Assembly: GCF_014252315.1 (NCBI RefSeq)
Contig: NZ_CP059216.1
Location: forward strand, 358,038-390,037
Direction of reading: 5' to 3'
Source: Candidatus Saccharimonadota bacterium
Lineage (GTDB): Bacteria; Bacteroidota; Bacteroidia; Flavobacteriales; Blattabacteriaceae
DNA length: 32,000 nt
Shown here: positions 19,566 through 29,996 of the stretch, piece by piece
Layout: each line of letters opens with the position of its first letter
How positions within the stretch are numbered: the stretch's first letter is position 1
Notes under the pieces: generated by a model
What the model was told of the DNA's origin: nothing
Seen by the model: the letters and a program-made list of their open reading frames with translations, nothing else
Database searches by the model: none
Position numbers and translations under genes: made by a program

Positions 19566-21674
19566 CTAATTTTTATTTTTTTGCATTTTATTATTATTTT
19601 TTAACATATTTTCCATAATTGATTCAGGAACTCTATCATAATTATAAAATTCCATAACAGAAGTCCCTCTTCCAGAGGTTAATGTTCTTAATACAGTTAC
19701 ATATCCAAACATCTCAGATAATGGAGCTAACGCTTGAATTATCTTTATATTATTTCTGTTATTCATATTTTGTATAATACCTCTTCTCCTATTTAAATCT
19801 CCTATAACATCTCCCATATTTTCTTCTGGAACAATTACCTCCAATTTCATAATTGGTTCTAATAAAACTGGTTTTGCTTTTCTAGAAGCTTCTCTAAATC
19901 CTAATTTTCCTGCTAACTCAAAAGATAATTGATCTGAATCAACAGAATGATAAGATCCATCTAATACAGTTACTTTTGCATTATCTATTTCATATCCAAA
20001 CAAAGGACCATTTTTCATCATATTTTTACATCCTTTTTCTATAGATGGAATATATTCTTTTGGAATATTTCCTCCTTTTATTTTATTAATAAAAATCAAT
20101 CCAGTTTTTCTTTCATCTCCTGGTTCTAAACGAAATAATATATCAGCATATTTACCTCTACCTCCTGTCTGTTTCTTATATACTTCTCTATGTTCAATTA
20201 ATTCAGTTAAAGCTTCTTTATATTCTACTTGTGGATTACCTTTATTAACTTCAACTTTAAATTCTCTCTTCATACGATCTATAATAATTTCCAAATGTAA
20301 TTCTCCCATACCAGAAATAATAGTTTGTCCAGTATAATCATCAGTTCTAACCTGAAAAGTAGGGTCTTCTTCCATTAACTTAGATAAAGCAATACTCATT
20401 TTATCAATATCAGATTTATATTTAGGTTCAATAGCTAATCCTATTACAGGATCTGGAAAAGATATTTTTTCTAAAAGAATAGGATTTTTTTCATCACATA
20501 AAGTATCTCCTGTTTTAATATCTTTAAATCCTACTATTGCAGCTATATCTCCTGCTACAACTTCTCTAATTGGATTTTGTTTATTTGCATGCATTTGATA
20601 TATTCTAGATATTCTTTCTTTATTTCCTGATCTAGCATTAAAACTATAAGAACCTGATTCTATTTTACCTGAATATACTCTAAAAAAGGCTAATCTACCT
20701 ACAAAAGGATCACTAGATATTTTAAAAGCTAATGCAGAAAAAGGATCATTTTCACTAGGATTTCTAATTTCTTTTTCTTGATTAATAGGATTTACTCCAA
20801 CAATATTTCTAATATCAAGAGGAGAAGGTAAATATCTACAAATAGCATCTAATATAGATTGTACTCCTTTATTTTTAAAAGAAGATCCACAAAGAATAGG
20901 TATAACATTCATTTCTATTGTATTCTTTTGTATTGATTCAATAATATCGTTTTCCGATATATTTGAATCATCATACAAAAATTTTTCCATTATATAATCA
21001 TCATATTCAGATAATGTTTCAATTAATTTATTATAATATATTTTAGATATATTCTTCATATTATTTGGAATAGGTATATTTTTATACGTCATACCATAAT
21101 TTTTTTCTTCCCATATTATTGCTTTACTGGAAATTAAATCTACTACTCCAACAAAATTATCTCCAGATCCAATAGGAATTTGAATAGGAACAATATTTGC
21201 CCCTAACATTTTCTTTATTTGCAAACAAACATCTATAAAATCAGCACCTTGTCTATCCATTTTATTAACAAAAGCTATTCTAGGTATATTATATTTATCT
21301 GCTTGTCTCCAAACTGTTTCTGATTGAGGTTCTACTCCATCAACAGCACTAAATAAAACAACCATTCCATCTAATACTCTCATAGATCTTTCTACTTCTA
21401 CGGTAAAATCAACATGTCCTGGAGTATCTATTATATTAATATGATATTTATTATTATTATATATCCATTCGCAACAAGTAGATGCCGATGTTATAGTTAT
21501 ACCACGTTCTTGTTCTTGTAACATCCAATCCATAGTAGCTGTTCCATCATGAACTTCTCCTATTTTATGATTAATACCAGTATAAAATAATATTCTTTCT
21601 GTAGTAGTAGTTTTTCCTGCATCAATATGAGCTGCAATACCTATATTTCTAGTATATCTTAAATCTTTTTTCAT
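19566..21674 (-). CDS. fusA: translation elongation factor G
   Basis: GTPase motifs [17 protein letters not shown] and NKMDR. At 702 aa it is full length. Confidence 0.97.
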   Translation of the reverse strand: MKKDLRYTRNIGIAAHIDAGKTTTTERILFYTGINHKIGEVHDGTATMDWMLQEQERGITITSASTCCEWIYNNNKYHINIIDTPGHVDFTVEVERSMRVLDGMVVLFSAVDGVEPQSETVWRQADKYNIPRIAFVNKMDRQGADFIDVCLQIKKMLGANIVPIQIPIGSGDNFVGVVDLISSKAIIWEEKNYGMTYKNIPIPNNMKNISKIYYNKLIETLSEYDDYIMEKFLYDDSNISENDIIESIQKNTIEMNVIPILCGSSFKNKGVQSILDAICRYLPSPLDIRNIVGVNPINQEKEIRNPSENDPFSALAFKISSDPFVGRLAFFRVYSGKIESGSYSFNARSGNKERISRIYQMHANKQNPIREVVAGDIAAIVGFKDIKTGDTLCDEKNPILLEKISFPDPVIGLAIEPKYKSDIDKMSIALSKLMEEDPTFQVRTDDYTGQTIISGMGELHLEIIIDRMKREFKVEVNKGNPQVEYKEALTELIEHREVYKKQTGGRGKYADILFRLEPGDERKTGLIFINKIKGGNIPKEYIPSIEKGCKNMMKNGPLFGYEIDNAKVTVLDGSYHSVDSDQLSFELAGKLGFREASRKAKPVLLEPIMKLEVIVPEENMGDVIGDLNRRRGIIQNMNNRNNIKIIQALAPLSEMFGYVTVLRTLTSGRGTSVMEFYNYDRVPESIMENMLKNNNKMQKNKN

Positions 21675-21682
21675 AAAAAAAT

Positions 21683-22159
21683 TTAGAATCTAAAATGCGA
21701 AAATGCTTTATTTGCTTCAGCCATTTTATGAATATTTTCTTTTCTTTTTACAGCTTCACCTTGTCCTTTAAAAGCATCCCATATTTCAAATGCTAATTTA
21801 TTTGCCATAGTTTTTTCATTTCTACTAGAAGCACAAGTAACTAATAATTTCATGGCTTTTGTAATTTTACTATTATTAGAAATAGAAACAGGAATTTGAA
21901 TATTAGATCCGCCCATTCTTCTACTTCTTACTTCTACATGTGGAGTTACATTTTTTAATCCATCTTTCCATATTTCTAATGCAGATTTTTCTTCTTTATT
22001 TTTTATTAAATCAATTTTTTTTATTGCATTATAAAATATTCTAAATGCTACACCTTTTTTACCATTTTTCATTAAATGATTAACAAAACGTGTTACAAGT
22101 GAATCATTAAATTTAGGATCGGGAATATAATTTTTTTTTTTTCTTTTAATTTTTCTCAT
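21683..22159 (-). CDS. rpsG: 30S ribosomal protein S7 (uS7)
   Basis: [23 protein letters not shown] and the C-terminus [12 protein letters not shown]. Confidence 0.95.
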   Translation of the reverse strand: MRKIKRKKKNYIPDPKFNDSLVTRFVNHLMKNGKKGVAFRIFYNAIKKIDLIKNKEEKSALEIWKDGLKNVTPHVEVRSRRMGGSNIQIPVSISNNSKITKAMKLLVTCASSRNEKTMANKLAFEIWDAFKGQGEAVKRKENIHKMAEANKAFSHFRF

Positions 22160-22167
22160 TATTATTT

Positions 22168-22539
22168 TTATTTTTTTATTTTTGCTCCGTATTTACTTCT
22201 ACTTTTTTTTCTTCCATTTACTCCTGCCGTATCACGAGCTCCTCTAACAATTTTATATTTTACTCCAGGTAAATCTTTAACACGTCCTCCTTTAACTAGA
22301 ACAATAGAATGTTCTTGAAGATTATGTCCTTCTCCAGTTATATACGTTATTACTTCTTTACCATTTGTAAATCTAACTCTTGCTACTTTTCTCATAGCTG
22401 AATTAGGTTTTTTTGGTGTAGTTGTATATACTCTAGTACATACTCCTCTTTTTTGAGGACAAAATTCTAATGCTATAGATTTTCTTTTTTTTTTGATAGA
22501 ATTTCTTCCTTTTCTAATTAATTGTTGTATTGTAGGCAT
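22168..22539 (-). CDS. rpsL: 30S ribosomal protein S12 (uS12)
   Basis: [12 protein letters not shown] start and [29 protein letters not shown] motifs. Confidence 0.96.
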   Translation of the reverse strand: MPTIQQLIRKGRNSIKKKRKSIALEFCPQKRGVCTRVYTTTPKKPNSAMRKVARVRFTNGKEVITYITGEGHNLQEHSIVLVKGGRVKDLPGVKYKIVRGARDTAGVNGRKKSRSKYGAKIKK

Positions 22540-22544
22540 ATTTT

Positions 22545-23351
22545 TTATATTTTAATTTTATTAAATGGATCTTCTTCTTTTGAAGAAATATTAAGTTCAT
22601 TATATATATAACTAAAAGTGGATAACAGACATGGAATTCCATCTATTATAGCTACATTATGTTCATAATGAGAAGATTCTCTTTTATCTAAAGTAGTAAT
22701 AGTCCATCCATCTTTATGAAAGACTATTTTAGAAGTTCCAATATTAACCATAGGCTCTATTGATAATACTAATCCATTTATCAATTTCATACCTTTTCCT
22801 TTTTTACCAAAATTAGGAATTTGTGGTTTTTCATGCATATTTTTACCAATACCATGTCCAACTAATTCTTTTACTATAAAAAATCCTTTTTTTTCAATAA
22901 AAGATTGAATAGAATAACCTATATCTCCAATATTATTACCTGATTTACAATTAGAAATACCAATATAAAGAGATTTTTTTGAAAAATTCAAAAATCTTTT
23001 TATATTTTCTGATACTTCTCCTACTTCAAAAGTATAAGCATGTTCTCCATAAAATCCATTCATATAAACACCACAATCTATTGATAATATATCACCATCA
23101 TTTAATAACTTTTTATTTGGTATTCCATGAACTATTTGATGATTTGGTGATGCACATATAGTATTAGGATAATTGTATAACCCTAAAAAAGCTGGACGGC
23201 CTCCATTATCACATATAAAATTTTTCGCTAATTTATCTAAATATAAAGTATTAATTCCTGGTTTTATTTTTGTTGTTAACATTCCTAATGTTTTAGAAGC
23301 CAACAAAGAACTTTTTTTTATTAAAATAATTTCTTCAATAGTTTTTATCAA
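22545..23351 (-). CDS. map: type I methionine aminopeptidase
   Basis: Pita-bread fold metal ligands occur in context ([26 protein letters not shown]). 268 aa. Confidence 0.92.
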   Translation of the reverse strand: MIKTIEEIILIKKSSLLASKTLGMLTTKIKPGINTLYLDKLAKNFICDNGGRPAFLGLYNYPNTICASPNHQIVHGIPNKKLLNDGDILSIDCGVYMNGFYGEHAYTFEVGEVSENIKRFLNFSKKSLYIGISNCKSGNNIGDIGYSIQSFIEKKGFFIVKELVGHGIGKNMHEKPQIPNFGKKGKGMKLINGLVLSIEPMVNIGTSKIVFHKDGWTITTLDKRESSHYEHNVAIIDGIPCLLSTFSYIYNELNISSKEEDPFNKIKI

Positions 23352-23356
23352 AATTT

Positions 23357-24880
23357 TTATAATTTTTTTATAATAGGAATTCCAGTCATTTCATTAGGAA
23401 TAGGCAAATTCATTATGTATAATATTGTAGGAGCTACATCACATAATGCTCCTTTTTTTCTATTTATAATATTTTTATCATTATCTAATAAAATAAATGG
23501 AACTAAAGATGTGCTATGTGTAGTATTAGGTGATCCATCTTTATTAATCATATAATCTGCATTACCATGATCTCCTACGATTATAACTGAGTATAAATTA
23601 TTTAATGCTTTTTTAGAACATAATTTAACACAATAATCAACAACTTCACATGCTTCAATAGTTTTTTTCATATTTCCTGTATGTCCTACCATATCTGGAT
23701 TAGCAAAATTTATACAAAAAAAATCAAATTCGTTTTTTTCTAACATAGTAATAGTATTTTTAGTTATTTTCATTGCACTCATTTCTGGTTTTAAATCATA
23801 AGTTTTTACTTTAGGTGATTGACATAAAATCCTAGTTTCATTATTAAAAGGAGTTTCTCTTCCACCAGAAAAAAAGAAAGTAACATGAGGATATTTTTCT
23901 GTTTCTGCTATACGAATTTGTTTTTTTCCTTCTTTTTCTAATACTTCTCCTATAGTATTAGATATATTTTTTTGTGTAAATATAGAAAATACATTTTTAT
24001 AATTTGTATTATAACATGTCATTGTAATACAAGCATGCAGTTTAATTTTATTATATTTATTATTATATCCTGTTAAATATTCTATAATTTGTCTTGAACG
24101 ATCTGGACGAAAATTAAAACAAAAAACTATATCATCATTTTCAATTTTTGTAATTGGTATTCCATCTTTATTAGTTATAATTGCCGGATATAAAAACTCA
24201 TCTGTATTTTTTTTTTTATAACAATTTTCTATGTAATTAAAAATATCACAAACATGAATTCCTTTACAATTTACCATTGCATTATAAGCAATTTTAGTTC
24301 TATTCCATCTTTTATTTCTATCCATTGAATAAAATCTTCCAATAACTGAAGATAATTTTCCTCCATATTTTTTTGTTTTATTCAAAAGTTTCTTAATATA
24401 AATAATACTATTTTTTGATGATGAATCTCTTCCATCAGTAAATACATGTATAAAAATATTTTTTATATTTTTTTTATTAAATATTTTTAATAAATAAAAA
24501 AGATGATTCATATGAGAGTGAACTCCTCCATCAGATAATAATCCAATAAAATGAATTTTTTTTTTATTAAAAGAAAAACGTTTAAATAAATCGTTTAACT
24601 TTGTTTCTAACAATCCATTTTTAATATGTATATTAATTTTTTCTAAACTTTGAATTACTTTTCTTCCAGATCCTAAATTAATATGTCCTACTTCAGAATT
24701 TCCCATTTGTCCTTTTGGTAATCCTACATAATTTCCAGAAGCTTCTAATTGACTATTAATATATTTATTATAACAATAATCAATAAATGGTGTTTTAGCT
24801 TTATTTATAGCTGATATTAGTTTATTTTTTTCTAAATTAATACCCCATCCATCTAAAATTAATAACATTAATTTTTTCAT
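23357..24880 (-). CDS. gpmI: 2,3-bisphosphoglycerate-independent phosphoglycerate mutase
   Basis: LILDGWG, MGNSEVGH, SDGGVHSH and GDHGNAD motifs. 507 aa. Confidence 0.95.
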   Translation of the reverse strand: MKKLMLLILDGWGINLEKNKLISAINKAKTPFIDYCYNKYINSQLEASGNYVGLPKGQMGNSEVGHINLGSGRKVIQSLEKINIHIKNGLLETKLNDLFKRFSFNKKKIHFIGLLSDGGVHSHMNHLFYLLKIFNKKNIKNIFIHVFTDGRDSSSKNSIIYIKKLLNKTKKYGGKLSSVIGRFYSMDRNKRWNRTKIAYNAMVNCKGIHVCDIFNYIENCYKKKNTDEFLYPAIITNKDGIPITKIENDDIVFCFNFRPDRSRQIIEYLTGYNNKYNKIKLHACITMTCYNTNYKNVFSIFTQKNISNTIGEVLEKEGKKQIRIAETEKYPHVTFFFSGGRETPFNNETRILCQSPKVKTYDLKPEMSAMKITKNTITMLEKNEFDFFCINFANPDMVGHTGNMKKTIEACEVVDYCVKLCSKKALNNLYSVIIVGDHGNADYMINKDGSPNTTHSTSLVPFILLDNDKNIINRKKGALCDVAPTILYIMNLPIPNEMTGIPIIKKL

Positions 24881-24898
24881 AATATTTAAAAATTATTT

Positions 24899-25684
24899 TT
24901 AAATATTTATCCTTTTGAAAAAAAGAATTTTGGATTCTTTTTCATAATTTCTTAAATAATCTAATATTGTTATTTTATTATTTTTTATAAATTTTTGATT
25001 AATAAGGGTATTTTCTAAAATTAATTTATTAATTTTTCCTTTAATTATTCTATCAATTATTTCTTTTGATTTATTTTTATCAATTTTATATTGAAAAATA
25101 CTTTTTTCTTTTTCTAAAATACTTTTAGGAAAATCTTCTTCTGATATAGAAATTGGATTTAATGCTACTACATGCATAGCTATGTCTTTAGCTACATATT
25201 TATTTATTTTTTTAGAAAATCCTACTAATGCAGCAATTCTATTATTATGAGTATAATTTATTACAAAAGGAGCTTTCATTTTTTCAAAAACTTTTAATTC
25301 CATTTTTTCTTTAAATATTCCTATATGTTTATTAATAGAATTTTTTACAAAATCTAAAAAAATTTCTTCAGATAAATCTATTGATTTTATAGATGTATTA
25401 TGTAACAAATCTAGAAATTCTTTACTTTTAGATAAAAAATCAGTTTCACAACTAATTCCTATAATTGTTCCATAAGAGTAATCTTTTTTTACAGAAGCAA
25501 TAACCGATCCTTCATTAATTTTTATTCCAGATCTATTTATAGCTATTTTTTCACCTTTTTTTTTCAAAATATAAATAGCTTCTTCTATATCTCCGTTAGA
25601 ACATATTAAAGCTTTTTTACAATCCATTATACCAATTCCTGTTATTTTTCTAAGTTTATTAATTTTGGAAATAGAAATATCCAT
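24899..25684 (-). CDS. tsf: translation elongation factor Ts
   Basis: The N-terminal UBA-like LRKITGIGIMDCKKAL follows rpsB. At 261 aa it is a short form. Confidence 0.9.
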   Translation of the reverse strand: MDISISKINKLRKITGIGIMDCKKALICSNGDIEEAIYILKKKGEKIAINRSGIKINEGSVIASVKKDYSYGTIIGISCETDFLSKSKEFLDLLHNTSIKSIDLSEEIFLDFVKNSINKHIGIFKEKMELKVFEKMKAPFVINYTHNNRIAALVGFSKKINKYVAKDIAMHVVALNPISISEEDFPKSILEKEKSIFQYKIDKNKSKEIIDRIIKGKINKLILENTLINQKFIKNNKITILDYLRNYEKESKILFFKRINI

Positions 25685-25695
25685 TATTTAATTTT

Positions 25696-26382
25696 TTATT
25701 TTTTTTTTGAAATTTTACTTTTTATAAAGTCTGTTATATATTTTAAAACAATGTCTATAGATTTAGATGAATCATCATTAGATGGAATTGGATAATGAAT
25801 ATCATTTGGATTTGTATTGGTATCTACCATAGCAAATATAGGAATTTTAAGTTTTTTTGCTTCTGATAAAGCTATTTTTTCTTTATCTGGATCTACTAAA
25901 AATATTCCACTAGGAATATGATTCATAGTAGATATACTTCCAAGATTTTTATAAAGTTTATTATACAATCTATCAATTAATAATCTTTCTTTTTTAGATA
26001 AAGTATTAAAAGTTCCATTTTTTTTCATTTTATCTATATTATTCATTTTTTTTATAGATTTACGAATGGTACTAAAATTAGTTAATAAACCTCCTAACCA
26101 TCGTTCTGTAACACAAGGCATATTAATAATTTTTGAATAAAAATAAACTTTATCTTTTGCTTGATCTTTTGTTCCTACTAATAATACTTTTTTTCCATTT
26201 TTTATTATTTTTAATAATTCATAACAAGCTTCTTTTAATTTTATTATGGTTTTTGATAAATCTATAATGTGAATTCCTCCTTTTTTCATAAAAATAAAAG
26301 ATTTCATATTGGGATTCCATTTTTTGGTAATATGCCCAAAATGAACTCCAGCTTTTAATAAATCTTGAGTATTAATTTCCAT
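25696..26382 (-). CDS. rpsB: 30S ribosomal protein S2 (uS2)
   Basis: LLKAGVHFGH motif. I prefer the ATG at 26380-26382 (MEINTQDLL), which removes a 47-nt overlap with rpsI. The ORF is open to 26436. Confidence 0.9.
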   Translation of the reverse strand: MEINTQDLLKAGVHFGHITKKWNPNMKSFIFMKKGGIHIIDLSKTIIKLKEACYELLKIIKNGKKVLLVGTKDQAKDKVYFYSKIINMPCVTERWLGGLLTNFSTIRKSIKKMNNIDKMKKNGTFNTLSKKERLLIDRLYNKLYKNLGSISTMNHIPSGIFLVDPDKEKIALSEAKKLKIPIFAMVDTNTNPNDIHYPIPSNDDSSKSIDIVLKYITDFIKSKISKKK

Positions 26383-26389
26383 ATTATAT

Positions 26390-26779
26390 TTAACGTTTAG
26401 AAAATTGATATTTTTTTCTTGCTTTTTTTTGTCCAAATTTTTTTCTTTCTACTTCTCTAGGATCACGTGTTAATAATCCTTCATTTTTTAATTTTATTCT
26501 ATTTTTTATATCTATTTTACATAAAGCCCTAGATATAGCAAGACGTATAGCCTCTACTTGTCCATTAAGACCTCCACCACAAACTTTTATATATATATTA
26601 AAATTACTTTTTTTTAATTTTAATAATTTTATTGGATAAAATATTTTATAACATAAGTATTTTGGAAAATATTTTTCTAAATTTTTAGAGTTTACAACAA
26701 TTGATCCTTTTCCTTCTAACACGTTCATATAAATACGTGCAATAGATCTTTTTCTTCTTCCTATTGTATGATATATCAT
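26390..26779 (-). CDS. rpsI: 30S ribosomal protein S9 (uS9)
   Basis: GGGLNGQVEAIRLAISRAL and the C-terminus RKKYQFSKR. Confidence 0.95.
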   Translation of the reverse strand: MIYHTIGRRKRSIARIYMNVLEGKGSIVVNSKNLEKYFPKYLCYKIFYPIKLLKLKKSNFNIYIKVCGGGLNGQVEAIRLAISRALCKIDIKNRIKLKNEGLLTRDPREVERKKFGQKKARKKYQFSKR

Positions 26780-26786
26780 TTAATAT

Positions 26787-27239
26787 TTAATAATAATTTT
26801 CAATTAAAACAGGTTTTTGTGCATCATGTTTATGATTATTATCATGATATACATAAAGATTTTTTCTTAAAATAGATTTTCTTAATTTATTTTTAGGTAA
26901 CATTCTTTTTACAGAATAAAAAATAATAATTCTAGAATCTTTTTCTAAGATATTTTTAATATTAGTTTCTTTTTTTCCTCCCGGATATCCAGTATAACGA
27001 ATATATTTTTTATTTATCCATTTATTACCAGTAAGTCTAATATTATTAGAATTAATAACTATAACACAATCTCCACAATTTATATATGGAGAATAACATG
27101 ACTTATGTTTTCCCATTATAAAATGAGCTATTCTAGATGAAAACCTTCCAAGAACTTGATTAGTAGCATCCATAATTATCCATGATTTCTTAATCAATTT
27201 TTTATTAAATGAAGTAGTTTTAAAACTTATTGGATCCAT
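26787..27239 (-). CDS. rplM: 50S ribosomal protein L13 (uL13)
   Basis: WIIMDATNQVLGRFSSRIAHFIMGKHK and YTGYPGG motifs. Confidence 0.95.
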   Translation of the reverse strand: MDPISFKTTSFNKKLIKKSWIIMDATNQVLGRFSSRIAHFIMGKHKSCYSPYINCGDCVIVINSNNIRLTGNKWINKKYIRYTGYPGGKKETNIKNILEKDSRIIIFYSVKRMLPKNKLRKSILRKNLYVYHDNNHKHDAQKPVLIENYY

Positions 27240-27420
27240 AATTTCTAAATATAAGAATTTTTAAAAAATTATTTTAATATAAAATGACTTTTTGTCATAG
27301 AAAATTGATATTTCATATTATTATATTAATTTATTAGTTATTATCAATGTTTTATTTTAATTATGGCATAATGATTGAAACAATAAATAATATTAATATG
27401 TTATTTTTAAAATATAAAAA
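27240..27420. promoter_or_regulatory. divergent intergenic region expected to hold the rplM-operon and dnaK promoters
   Basis: This is the longest non-coding spacer in the window (181 bp) and sits between divergently transcribed rplM (-) and dnaK (+). I could not confidently place -35/-10 or Bacteroidetes-type -33/-7 boxes. It contains the palindrome ATGAC-N5-GTCAT (27284-27298) and a TTGAAA hexamer (27375-27380). Confidence 0.35.
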
Positions 27421-29310
27421 ATGAGTAAAATTATAGGAATAGATTTAGGAACAACAAATTCTTGTGTTGCAGTAATGGAGGTTAATGATCCTGTTGTAAT
27501 ACCAAATTCAGAAGGAAAAAGAACAACTCCATCTATTGTAGCATTTGTTGATGGAGGAGAAAGAAAAATAGGAGATCCTGCAAAAAGACAAGCAGTAACT
27601 AATCCAAAAAAAACTATTTTTTCTATTAAAAGGTTTATGGGAAGAACATATTCAGAAGTTTCTGAAGAGTTAAAACATATACCATATGAAGTAATAAAAG
27701 GAGGAAATAATACACCTCGTGTAAATATAGATAAAAGGTTATATGCTCCTCAAGAAATATCTGCTATGATATTGCAAAAAATGAAAAAAACAGCTGAAGA
27801 TTATCTAGGTCAAGAAATAAAAAAAGCAGTAATAACTGTGCCTGCTTATTTCAATGATGCTCAAAGACAAGCAACAAAGGAAGCAGGGGAAATTGCTGGG
27901 TTACAAGTGGAAAGAATAATAAATGAACCTACTGCTGCTGCATTGGCTTATGGATTAGATAAAAGTAAACAAAATAAAAAAATAGTTGTATATGATTTAG
28001 GTGGAGGAACTTTTGATGTATCTATATTAGAATTAGGAGATGGTGTTTTTGAAGTTCTTTCTACTAATGGAGATACACATTTAGGTGGAGATAATTTTGA
28101 TCAAGTAATTATAGATTATTTTTCTGATTCTTTTAAATCTAAAGAAGGAGTAGATCTTAGAACAGATCCAATGGCTTTACAACGATTAAAAGAAGCATCT
28201 GAAAAAGCAAAAATAGAATTATCTTCATCTAATCAAACAGAAATTAATCTTCCTTATATAACTGCAACAGAATCTGGTCCTAAACATTTAGTAATAACTT
28301 TAACTAAATCAAAATTTGAACAACTGTCAGAAAAATTAATACGTAGATCAATAGATCCATGTTCTAAAGCATTAAAAGATGCAAATTTAACTACTAAAGA
28401 TATAAATGAAGTTATTTTAGTAGGAGGATCTACTCGTATTCCAAAAGTACAAAAAGAAGTAGAAAAATTTTTTAATATAAAACCTTCTAAAGGAGTTAAT
28501 CCTGATGAAGTTGTAGCAGTAGGAGCTGCAATACAAGGAGGAGTATTAACTGGAGATGTTCAAGATGTATTATTATTAGATGTAACTCCATTATCTTTAG
28601 GTATTGAAACTTTAGGAGGTGTTTTTACTAAGCTTATTGATTCAAATACTACTATTCCAACAAAGAAATCTGAAGTTTTTTCAACTGCATCTGATAATCA
28701 ATCTGCAGTAACTATAAGAGTTGGACAAGGAGAACGACCTATGTTTGTAGATAATAAAGAAATAGGAAGATTTGATTTAGTGGATATTCCTTCTGCACCA
28801 AGAGGTGTTCCTCAAATAGAGGTAACATTTGATATAGATGCAAACGGAATATTAAATGTATCTGCAAAAGATAAAGGTACTGGAAAAGAACAATCAATAA
28901 AAATTGAAACTTCATCAGGATTGAATCAAAATGAAATAGATAGAATGAAAAAAGAAGCAATGGAAAATGCTAAAAAAGATGAAGAAATTAAAAAAGAAGT
29001 AGATAAACTAAATATTATAGATAATAAAATATTTTTATATGATAAACAATTAAAAGATTATGGAAATAAAATTTCTGAAAATAATAAAACAGAAATTTCA
29101 AGATTATTAGATGAATTAAAAAAAGCACGTTCTAATAAAAATATGAAGGTTATTGATGATTATATAAAAAAATTAGATGAATATTGGAATAATATATCTC
29201 AGAAAATAAATAATGAAAATAAAAATAATAATGATAAAGAAAAAGAAAATAAAAAAAGAAAAAATAATGAAAACAATGTTCAAGATGTTGATTATGAAGA
29301 AGTAAAATAA
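27421..29310 (+). CDS. dnaK: molecular chaperone DnaK (Hsp70)
   Basis: [26 protein letters not shown] and [14 protein letters not shown] motifs. 629 aa with an Asn/Lys-rich low-complexity tail before DVDYEEVK. Confidence 0.97.
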   Translation: MSKIIGIDLGTTNSCVAVMEVNDPVVIPNSEGKRTTPSIVAFVDGGERKIGDPAKRQAVTNPKKTIFSIKRFMGRTYSEVSEELKHIPYEVIKGGNNTPRVNIDKRLYAPQEISAMILQKMKKTAEDYLGQEIKKAVITVPAYFNDAQRQATKEAGEIAGLQVERIINEPTAAALAYGLDKSKQNKKIVVYDLGGGTFDVSILELGDGVFEVLSTNGDTHLGGDNFDQVIIDYFSDSFKSKEGVDLRTDPMALQRLKEASEKAKIELSSSNQTEINLPYITATESGPKHLVITLTKSKFEQLSEKLIRRSIDPCSKALKDANLTTKDINEVILVGGSTRIPKVQKEVEKFFNIKPSKGVNPDEVVAVGAAIQGGVLTGDVQDVLLLDVTPLSLGIETLGGVFTKLIDSNTTIPTKKSEVFSTASDNQSAVTIRVGQGERPMFVDNKEIGRFDLVDIPSAPRGVPQIEVTFDIDANGILNVSAKDKGTGKEQSIKIETSSGLNQNEIDRMKKEAMENAKKDEEIKKEVDKLNIIDNKIFLYDKQLKDYGNKISENNKTEISRLLDELKKARSNKNMKVIDDYIKKLDEYWNNISQKINNENKNNNDKEKENKKRKNNENNVQDVDYEEVK

Positions 29311-29333
29311 AAATTATTTATTTAATAATTTTT
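29309..29333. terminator. candidate bidirectional hairpin between the convergent dnaK and psd stops (A/T-only stem)
   Basis: AAAAATTATT (29309-29318), loop TATTT, then AATAATTTTT (29324-29333): a perfect 10-bp inverted repeat that fills the whole spacer between the two stop codons. There are no G:C pairs, so stability is low. Confidence 0.3.
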
Positions 29334-29996
29334 TTATTTTGGAATAATAGATATTTCTGTTATTCCTCCTATAACTTTTTCTCCTTTTTTTATTAAAATT
29401 TTAGAATTTATTGGAATAAATATATCAACTCTAGATCCAAATTTAATAAAACCTAATTCTTCTCCTTTTTTTACAAAAAAATTTTTTTTTGAATAAAAAA
29501 TAATACGACGAGCTATAAAACCTGCTATTTGTCTTAAAAAAATTTTTTTACCATATTTATTTATTATTCCAATAGAAGTATGTTCATTTTCTAATGATGA
29601 TTTATCCTTCCATGCTATAAAATATTTTCCTGTATAATATTTTATATATACTATTTTTCCTGATATAGGATATCTATTAACATGTACATTGAATAATGAC
29701 ATGAAAATAGAAATTTTTATGCATTTTTTATGTAAAAATTCATTTTCAAATATATTATTTATACTTAATATTTTTCCATCAGCTGGAGAAATCATTATTT
29801 CTTCTTTTTTATATTTTTCTGCCAAATTTCTATTTGGATTTCTAAAAAATAAAATTAAAAACATATAAATAATAAATAACAAAAAAAATATTATATATCT
29901 AATAATTTTAGATAAAAATATAACAGAAAAAAATATTACTAATAAAAATATAATTAGTGTATATAATAAAAATGATATACCCTCTTTATGAATCAT
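29334..29996 (-). CDS. psd: phosphatidylserine decarboxylase proenzyme (short, Bacteroidetes/Firmicutes-type)
   Basis: 220 aa with an N-terminal TM segment and a FGSRVD motif at the expected G-S self-cleavage site. It lies immediately downstream of cdsA with an ATGA overlap. Confidence 0.85.
   Translation of the reverse strand: MIHKEGISFLLYTLIIFLLVIFFSVIFLSKIIRYIIFFLLFIIYMFLILFFRNPNRNLAEKYKKEEIMISPADGKILSINNIFENEFLHKKCIKISIFMSLFNVHVNRYPISGKIVYIKYYTGKYFIAWKDKSSLENEHTSIGIINKYGKKIFLRQIAGFIARRIIFYSKKNFFVKKGEELGFIKFGSRVDIFIPINSKILIKKGEKVIGGITEISIIPK

Noticed and set aside
22979-23373. Two plus-strand ORFs (60 and 66 aa) inside map and the map-gpmI junction
   Set aside because: Both are fully overlapped by map and gpmI, which carry clear catalytic motifs. 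They are chance open frames.
26383-26436. Longer rpsB start (MDKKKQEKNINFLNVKYN...) overlapping rpsI by 47 nt
   Set aside because: The conserved S2 N-terminus begins at MEINTQDLLKAGVHFGH. The upstream extension is simply the rpsI 3' end read in another frame.
27375-27380. TTGAAA hexamer upstream of dnaK as a sigma-32-type -35 box
   Set aside because: No CCCCAT-like -10 element follows at the right spacing, and Bacteroidota are not known to use RpoH-type promoters. I kept it only as a note within the intergenic feature.
28739-28960. 73-aa minus-strand ORF inside dnaK
   Set aside because: Antisense to one of the most conserved genes in the window.
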